A DNA stretch of 7,615 bases, taken from positions 8,593,286 to 8,600,900 of the forward strand of contig CM119264.1 of assembly GCA_051294375.1 (NCBI GenBank), in the 5' to 3' direction. This document shows positions 1-7,615 of this stretch, piece by piece (position 1 is the first letter of the stretch; every line of letters begins with the position of its first letter). The stretch is from Paraspadella gotoi (Eukaryota > Animalia > Chaetognatha). Under the pieces are notes generated by a model, which searched no databases, had not been told where the DNA came from, and saw only the letters and a list, made by a program, of their open reading frames with translations. The position numbers and the translations under genes are program-made.

Positions 1-377
1 CGCCCCTTCGTTTCGGCGAAATGCTTTAGGGAATTCTTCCCTAATGCGTCGGGCATTGAGGTTCAGACTTCCGGCCAATGTCATTCACTTTCCGGCATTC
101 CCATTTTTCCCGAAGGCGATCTTTCTATTTCCGGCCTTTCATCATTTTCGTTTCCCAAAATTTGTTAACTTCAAAGCTTTAAAACCTCGTTGCTGGTACA
201 ATGGGTAACCTTACTGGCGGATGCCAATTTCATCCATTCATTGAATCCAGTCCAATTGTAATTCTTTCTCTTTTATCCTCCCTTCCTCTCTTTCCTTCTG
301 TTCATCGGCATCGCGATGTCAATCAAATAAAAAAGGAGGAAAAAGAAGGAAAAGGTTTCTCTCTTTCAAATAAATTC

Positions 378-1001
378 NNNNNNNNNNNNNNNNNNNNNNN
401 NNNNNNNNNNNNNNNNNNNNNNNNNNNNNNNNNNNNNNNNNNNNNNNNNNNNNNNNNNNNNNNNNNNNNNNNNNNNNNNNNNNNNNNNNNNNNNNNNNNN
501 NNNNNNNNNNNNNNNNNNNNNNNNNNNNNNNNNNNNNNNNNNNNNNNNNNNNNNNNNNNNNNNNNNNNNNNNNNNNNNNNNNNNNNNNNNNNNNNNNNNN
601 NNNNNNNNNNNNNNNNNNNNNNNNNNNNNNNNNNNNNNNNNNNNNNNNNNNNNNNNNNNNNNNNNNNNNNNNNNNNNNNNNNNNNNNNNNNNNNNNNNNN
701 NNNNNNNNNNNNNNNNNNNNNNNNNNNNNNNNNNNNNNNNNNNNNNNNNNNNNNNNNNNNNNNNNNNNNNNNNNNNNNNNNNNNNNNNNNNNNNNNNNNN
801 NNNNNNNNNNNNNNNNNNNNNNNNNNNNNNNNNNNNNNNNNNNNNNNNNNNNNNNNNNNNNNNNNNNNNNNNNNNNNNNNNNNNNNNNNNNNNNNNNNNN
901 NNNNNNNNNNNNNNNNNNNNNNNNNNNNNNNNNNNNNNNNNNNNNNNNNNNNNNNNNNNNNNNNNNNNNNNNNNNNNNNNNNNNNNNNNNNNNNNNNNNN
1001 N
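378..1001. other. Assembly gap (624 N)
   Basis: Run of N. Confidence 1.
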
Positions 1002-1850
1002 TCATTGCTAAAAAAACATTAGTTATGATTACAATTTCCCGGGGGCCATATGTCACAATACCCCAGAATCAGGAATACATCGAAGGGGCAGCGATTCACC
1101 AGAATGTCATCCCGTCTTTTTCCCCCTCAACTTTTCACGAGCTTCAACCAAACCTCTCACGTTTCCCCATAAAATTGTCTCCTTAAATCAAAAACCCACA
1201 TTTTTCTATTTTCCTTTTTTTTTCTCCTTTTTCTCTTTTTTTCTCCCTCAACTTTTTTACGTCATGTTCTTTCTTCCATTTTACGATTTTTTTTAATTTC
1301 CTTTTTTTTATTCCGTTTTCTCTTTTTGATAATTTTACGAGTTGTTTTTCTTTTCATACTGCTTCCCCTTTGGTACGAGATCTCTCTCTCTCTCTTCCTT
1401 TTTTCCTACATGCCTCTTCCTTTTTTCCCTATTTTTCTCTAGACAATGCCCGTCTCACTTTTTTCCATGTAATTTTTCTCCTCGACTTATCCTTTTGTTT
1501 CAACTCGTTCTTTCTCTATTCATTCAATTTTGCTTTTTTAATTTCATAATTATTTTTTCCCTTTCCGTAGTAGCTAATGGTCGGTCATTCGCTCTTTGAC
1601 TCCAAAATATAAACCGCATTTAATTATTCCAATCTTCATCGGTATAAATCGATTAGAAATTAACATATAAACAAACAGACCCACTCTAAACTAACCAGCT
1701 TCATAAAGAATGGATATTTCTTTCTCATCGGATTTCTTATGTCTCCGCTACGAGCGTTGAAAGAGTGAGACCATTTGTTTTCCATTGTCTCGCCTCTCTA
1801 TGACAACCGGGGGGCACCAGAAAAAAAAGAGGAGTTAAATTGTGAGAGAA

Positions 1851-1969
<119 letters not shown>

Positions 1970-2363
1970 TGTGAGAAGACGTAAATCAAAACTTCGTCTC
2001 TTTTATGCGTTATTTGCGGATATCTAACAATGAGGACGACGACGACAGAAGGAGTGAGACAGAGAGCGAGAAGGAGAGAGAAAAAGCGAACTACTACTTC
2101 CTGTGACTCTAAAAGAAGATAAATTATTGAAGACAATTTACAATTTATTGTTAGGATTTGAGAAATAAACTTGCAAAGTCGTGATCACAGATGAGTTTTT
2201 GTTCGAATGTGTCTTTTGAAATTAAAATTAAAATTCTTAATACGTGACAAATAATTGAATATGTATGATGAAATATAGGATTAAAAGACTCAAAATAGCA
2301 ATAATATATTTTGTTCATTAGGCAATTGTTACTGCATTCGCGATTTTTTTTCTAATCAATTGA

Positions 2364-2597
<234 letters not shown>

Positions 2598-2768
2598 NNN
2601 NNNNNNNNNNNNNNNNNNNNNNNNNNNNNNNNNNNNNNNNNNNNNNNNNNNNNNNNNNNNNNNNNNNNNNNNNNNNNNNNNNNNNNNNNNNNNNNNNNNN
2701 NNNNNNNNNNNNNNNNNNNNNNNNNNNNNNNNNNNNNNNNNNNNNNNNNNNNNNNNNNNNNNNNNNNN
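2598..2768. other. Assembly gap (171 N); hides the 3' end and donor of the first RhoGAP exon
   Basis: Run of N that interrupts an open RhoGAP frame. Confidence 1.
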
Positions 2769-3018
2769 AGAACAAAAATGTCTTAAAGTTTTTCTTAAAA
2801 GTTTTTCTTTCATCGTCGATGCCTCCTTTTATCTCAGCTGCCAAACCCTTCAATCTCTCGGTCGAGTTTACCATAATTTTTCTTTTAAAAAAATCTTTTT
2901 CCCGCTCAAGTTTTCGCATTCATCGTTTCTCCTATACCAAGCTTTTTGACTCCCATGGGTTTTGTCATTCTTTGTGCTTCCTTCATCAAATATTCAACTT
3001 TTGATTGATATTCCTTAT

Positions 3019-3040
3019 TCTCTCTCTCTCTCTCTCTCTC
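3019..3040. repeat. (TC)11 microsatellite running into an N-gap
   Basis: Directly visible; truncated by the gap at 3041. Confidence 0.95.
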
Positions 3041-3329
3041 NNNNNNNNNNNNNNNNNNNNNNNNNNNNNNNNNNNNNNNNNNNNNNNNNNNNNNNNNNNN
3101 NNNNNNNNNNNNNNNNNNNNNNNNNNNNNNNNNNNNNNNNNNNNNNNNNNNNNNNNNNNNNNNNNNNNNNNNNNNNNNNNNNNNNNNNNNNNNNNNNNNN
3201 NNNNNNNNNNNNNNNNNNNNNNNNNNNNNNNNNNNNNNNNNNNNNNNNNNNNNNNNNNNNNNNNNNNNNNNNNNNNNNNNNNNNNNNNNNNNNNNNNNNN
3301 NNNNNNNNNNNNNNNNNNNNNNNNNNNNN
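3041..3329. other. Assembly gap (289 N); hides the acceptor and 5' end of the second RhoGAP exon
   Basis: Run of N directly followed by the in-frame PGDI motif. Confidence 1.
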
Positions 3330-3530
<201 letters not shown>

Positions 3531-3551
3531 TAAATAATATGGTTTTCCCAA

Positions 3552-3786
3552 NNNNNNNNNNNNNNNNNNNNNNNNNNNNNNNNNNNNNNNNNNNNNNNNN
3601 NNNNNNNNNNNNNNNNNNNNNNNNNNNNNNNNNNNNNNNNNNNNNNNNNNNNNNNNNNNNNNNNNNNNNNNNNNNNNNNNNNNNNNNNNNNNNNNNNNNN
3701 NNNNNNNNNNNNNNNNNNNNNNNNNNNNNNNNNNNNNNNNNNNNNNNNNNNNNNNNNNNNNNNNNNNNNNNNNNNNNNNNNNNNNN
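3552..3786. other. Assembly gap (235 N), intronic
   Basis: Run of N. Confidence 1.
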
Positions 3787-3826
3787 TGATTTATTGATTT
3801 ATTGATTTATTGATTTATTGATTAAT
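3787..3826. repeat. Intronic 8-bp tandem repeat (TGATTTAT)4 + TGATTAAT
   Basis: Directly visible right after the N-gap. Degenerate ATTG/ATTT/ATCG units continue to about 3930. Confidence 0.9.
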
Positions 3827-4099
3827 CGAACAATTTATTGATTATTCGATCGATTCAATATGTCTGGAATAATTAATATTCTTAGATATATTGATCATAT
3901 TTATAGATATTGTTTGATTGATCGATCATCGCTGATAATTGGCGAAGCAACGAATTTACGGCATGAACCTAAATTTTGATTTTCGTATCTACGTAAAAGT
4001 TTTTTTTTTTTTAAATCACAATTTGAAAAGAAAATCCACTCCGGTGGCTCGTTGACGTTTTTAATAATATTTGTTTATAATTTTGTAATAATTTAACAG

Positions 4100-4201
4100 T
4101 GCATCTCGTGCAACGAAGACGTGAACTCAGCGCTCCAAGTTCTTTCCGCTTTTCCGCCTCTCAATCGATTAGTCTTGTGTTACCTCGTCAGATTTTTGCA
4201 G
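4100..4201 (+). CDS. ARHGAP39: Complete 102-nt internal exon of the ARHGAP39-like gene; RhoGAP domain
   Basis: Seen: acceptor TTTAACAG (AG at 4098-4099), 34 codons CISCNEDVNSALQVLSAFPPLNRLVLCYLVRFLQ, donor CAG|GTGCTT at 4201/4202. Phase 0 at both ends, so it joins the previous exon in frame (LYSK|CISC). Knowledge (recalled): matches ARHGAP39 '[34 protein letters not shown]'. Absent from the ORF track. Confidence 0.93.
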
Positions 4202-4355
4202 GTGCTTAATCCTTGTGCTTGTATTATACTTTTTAAATTATCACTTTTCAAACAACATGTTTAAGTTGCCCTAAGATCATTAAGGTTGACCAATTTGACA
4301 AATTATTGGCTGACGTTTTGTGCTTTTTTTATTGAGAGGTATTCTAGCTCTATAA

Positions 4356-4374
4356 ATATATATATATATATATA
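4356..4374. repeat. (AT)n microsatellite running into an N-gap
   Basis: Directly visible; truncated by the gap at 4375. Confidence 0.9.
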
Positions 4375-4562
4375 NNNNNNNNNNNNNNNNNNNNNNNNNN
4401 NNNNNNNNNNNNNNNNNNNNNNNNNNNNNNNNNNNNNNNNNNNNNNNNNNNNNNNNNNNNNNNNNNNNNNNNNNNNNNNNNNNNNNNNNNNNNNNNNNNN
4501 NNNNNNNNNNNNNNNNNNNNNNNNNNNNNNNNNNNNNNNNNNNNNNNNNNNNNNNNNNNNNN
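4375..4562. other. Assembly gap (188 N)
   Basis: Run of N. Confidence 1.
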
Positions 4563-4659
4563 AGTTTTTTTTTTAAACTTTTATCTCTGAGAATCGATAA
4601 AACCAGTGAACCTGAAGAGACGCCACCTTCTGCTTACGAAAAGGGCATGTTGTCTTTCT

Positions 4660-4742
4660 TGTCCTCGTCGTTGGTTTCGTCGTGGTCATCGTCGTCGTCG
4701 TCGTCGTCGTCGTTCTTATCATCGGCGTTGTCGTAGTCGTCG
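4660..4742. repeat. Imperfect (GTC)n/(GAC)n trinucleotide repeat with perfect (TCG)8 core at 4689-4712
   Basis: Directly visible; 3-nt periodicity is kept through the variant units. Confidence 0.9.
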
Positions 4743-6335
4743 CAATTGAAAAGGCTCGTAGAAGTATTGATTTCCAATATAGAAACGTGTTCTCGTTACT
4801 TTATTGCTAACACCACTTTTTTGTCTTCAACTTTATCTCGATTTCCTTTTTAATAACGACAGGCTCTTTGTTCAATTTTAAAATTTCTTTTAAAACTTGT
4901 TAAACCAAATATTCTATTCTCTGTCAAAAACAAATTGTCGCATTGGCTTTAAAATTGTTTTGAACACATGAAGCCAAATTTTTTTGGATTTCAACCCGCG
5001 AGTCTTTGTGCAGTTCACTGTGAGGGACAGTTTACGTCCCTTTTAGCAGAAGATTCGATAAAGTTGTAATAATTTTTTTTTAAAGTATAAAGAAACCTAA
5101 CGGAGTAATAAAATGAAACATAATATTAATTCGCAAATTTCCATGCATTAAAAAATAAATTAAAGACTACTCAAGTAGTCAGGTCTAGTCAAGAGAGGAA
5201 AATCTAGTGTCACAGATAACGAATAAGATAAATACGAAATATTTTGAAAGCTTGAAGAGATAAAAAAAAAAAAAAAATCCAGAAGACTCGAAAGAGAAAT
5301 ACTCAAATAAAAGGGAGGAAAAAGAAGAGGGAAGAAAATAAAAAGAAAGACTGCGTAGCAAAAAAGTTGACCCCGAGAGGTAAGCAAATAATCTAAAGGC
5401 GTGATTGGAATATGATCAAAGGTTTTGCAAGAGGGCACAAGCATGGCGGAGACAAAGATAGAAAACAGATGGAAAGGAGGAAGAGAAGAGAGAAGAGAGG
5501 AAAGACGATAGAGAGAGTGAGAGGTTCCAAAGAAGATTTGGTGGGTTAAGTGTGTAACAAAATTCGTAATTTACTAAAAGAGAATAAAAAAACCTTTCCT
5601 TGGGGGTCTTTTTATATATATCTTAACCGTTAATGACTATGGCGTAAAAAAAAAGTAACACCTGTGCAAAACATAATGACGTGAGTATGATGATGACGCA
5701 CCGACAAAATAAAGAAAACGGAAAATAAGTAAGCCTTCTTCGTTCGTGAAATTAAAGGCGATCAAAGCTAAAATCCAAATAATCCTTTGATAGAAACAAA
5801 ATGGAGGAAAGGAGAGTGAATGATTAAAAAAGTGGAGGAAAGTTGAAGAATAAGGAGTAAAGAAAAGGAGCTGAATGAGCAGGAGAGGAAAGGAACAGAC
5901 AAAAAGAATTAAGTAAAATAACACATACAATTACAAAGATTAAAGGGAAAGAGTCAATAACAAAAATGGAGAAAAGGAAATTATTAAAGGAATGGAAGAA
6001 AGAAGAAATAAGGGAGAAAAGAGGAAAATAAAAATTATAGAAGGAAAGGATTCACCTTGGGGAATAAACTCTTCTGAAAAAAATCACTTCCCTAAACTTA
6101 AATTTAAAATGTCGATGTTTTTTCTTATGTGCATCGTCAAATTAAATCTTATGTACTTTACGCATTACATAGGAAATACGCAAAAATATCTAAATTATAA
6201 AGCCGAGTAATTTTTCAGAGCGTTGAAAAATAATTTCGGGGGCAAATAGTATACGGAATCTTTAAACACTTAAGCAATTAAAGTTTAATTGTGAATTAAT
6301 GTCGCAATTCTTCCACAAATTTAATTTGCATCGAC

Positions 6336-6341
6336 CTTCTC

Positions 6342-6384
<43 letters not shown>

Positions 6385-6463
6385 GTTTCCCCTCTCTCTT
6401 TTCTCTCTCTCTCTTTCTCTCTTTTCCTTCTATCTCTCTCTTATCTCAGTCTCTCTCTCTCTC
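6336..6463. repeat. Imperfect (CT)n microsatellite / polypyrimidine tract
   Basis: Directly visible. Confidence 0.93.
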
Positions 6464-6855
6464 AACATTTTACTAGAAAATCTGTACATAACTTAAATGG
6501 AAACTGCTTCAACACAAGTTTTTTTATAATCCTTGTTATTTATTTTTAAAGACTCTAGGATTTAAATTTATTTTTTGCATATAGTAATTTTTTTTAAATA
6601 TTAAATTAATTAATAAAAAATTTTGAGAAACTACATTCTACGAATTCGGAAGACTATTTCAAATTTTTTTTTTTTAATAGACCTCCTTCAAGAAAAAAAA
6701 TTCTCCTTTCCCTACAGACAATCCCTAAGGGTGTCTCACTTTAACTCACCCTTCTTCGTCTCTTCTTTAATCCTTTTTGTCACTTTCCCCATTTTTCGCC
6801 CATCACTCTTCCCGATCTTCCCCTCACTTCACTCACTAGACACTTCCCTCCCCTT

Positions 6856-7059
6856 TTATCCGCCCGAGTGATCCGCCGCCGTTCCCGCCCGAAAACCGCC
6901 ATTGTTCCCGCCTTTGATCCATGTTCTATTAAATCCTTGACAACCGACGACGCCAGCGTCGTCGCCACGGCTTTCGCTTAAGTTGTCGTCGTCGTCGTCG
7001 TCGTCGACATTGTCGTCATTGTCGACGTCAGATCCGTATTCACTTCCGCGCGGATGTAA
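6856..7059 (-). CDS. Candidate terminal coding exon of an unidentified - strand gene (acidic, low-complexity)
   Basis: Seen: locally GC-rich island. On the - strand it is preceded by a long (CT)n tract and ...TTCAAATTCACAG| (CAG at 7062-7060). The phase-0 frame reads LHPRGSEYGSDVDNDDNVDDDDDDDNLSESRGDDAGVVGCQGFNRTWIKGGNNGGFRAGTAADHSGG* (TAA at 6858-6856). No recognisable homology, and the phase is uncertain (an alternative frame reads YIRAEVNTDLTSTMTTMSTTTTTTTT*). Confidence 0.3.
   Translation of the reverse strand, partial: LHPRGSEYGSDVDNDDNVDDDDDDDNLSESRGDDAGVVGCQGFNRTWIKGGNNGGFRAGTAADHSGG
6985..7029. repeat. (GTC)7 plus degenerate GTC units
   Basis: Directly visible; perfect run at 6985-7005. 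Confidence 0.9.
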
Positions 7060-7088
7060 CTGTGAATTTGAATTCTAATCATGAGATG

Positions 7089-7220
<132 letters not shown>

Positions 7221-7527
7221 TCAATTAAGAGCGGTAATAGAAATAATGGAACTCGTCTAAAAGGCTTTTTTGACCCACAACAGATTCGTCAGGGAAAAAA
7301 GTATCGATTAAGGGTTTGACAGAAATAGAATAACGACAATTCCAGCAATTACACTAAACTATAATGAATGAATAAGTTTTACATTAAAAACTTTTTGATT
7401 ACAATCGAATTTTAATAGAATTCATATAGTGTCCAGTCGCAACTTTCTTGACTTCCCACTGACCTTTCTCCATTTCCCCAAAATGTAATCTGGTTTTTAG
7501 TCGGATCTGCTTATCAGCAGATCCCGA

Positions 7528-7590
7528 CTCTCTCTCCTCTCTCTCTCTCTCCCTCTCTCTCCTCCTCTCTCCTCTCCTCTCCTCCCTCCC
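7528..7590. repeat. Imperfect (CT)n/(CTCCT)n polypyrimidine tract
   Basis: Directly visible. Confidence 0.85.
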
Positions 7591-7615
7591 AGCTCCCGAT
7601 CGTCTCTGTATCAAT

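Noticed and set aside
201-1056. Long ORFs 201..1022 (+) and 319..1056 (-)
   Set aside because: Open only because they span the 624-N gap; the called parts are low-complexity with no recognisable motif.
1040-1190. Possible upstream (MyTH4) exon; one frame contains YIEG and FSPSTFHE
   Set aside because: The motifs are not collinear with the recalled MyTH4 C-terminus (FFPP..KFHSYLEGYI), and there is no convincing polypyrimidine acceptor/donor pair.
1342-1599. Phe/Leu/Ser-rich ORFs (also 5160..5444, 5637..5930, 6623..6871) and K/E-rich 5992..6210
   Set aside because: Explained by pyrimidine- or purine-skewed non-coding composition; many use non-ATG starts that are irrelevant in a eukaryote.
1700-1820. 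Possible small exon after CTAAACTAACCAG with a GTGAGA donor near 1765
   Set aside because: No polypyrimidine tract, and no frame resembles the expected ARHGAP39 sequence upstream of the GAP domain.
3787-3930. Tandem repeats as a CRISPR-like or telomeric array
   Set aside because: No unique spacers, eukaryotic intronic context, and the unit is not a telomere motif.

Overview
AT-rich eukaryotic (animal) genomic DNA from a gapped draft assembly. Five N-gaps total about 1,507 of 7,615 bases, and there are many (AG)n/(CT)n, (GTC)n and (TA)n microsatellites. Most ORFs in the supplied track are artefacts of N-runs or simple repeats. The real signal is three spliced + strand exons (2454-2597+, <=3330-3527, 4100-4201). 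Together they encode most of the C-terminal RhoGAP domain of an ARHGAP39 / Vilse (RhoGAP93B, CrGAP)-type protein. The segment with the catalytic arginine finger falls inside N-gaps, and I could not find the final RhoGAP exon in the called sequence. This copy looks divergent: it has a microsatellite-derived poly-Ser insertion inside the GAP domain and substitutions at normally conserved positions (R->H in LKLWY[R]EL, LP->FP). A weaker candidate terminal exon of an unidentified - strand gene lies at 6856-7059. I see no support for prokaryote-type systems (CRISPR, operons, IS elements) or for a clearly novel biological system. Family comparisons are from recalled sequences, not from a search.
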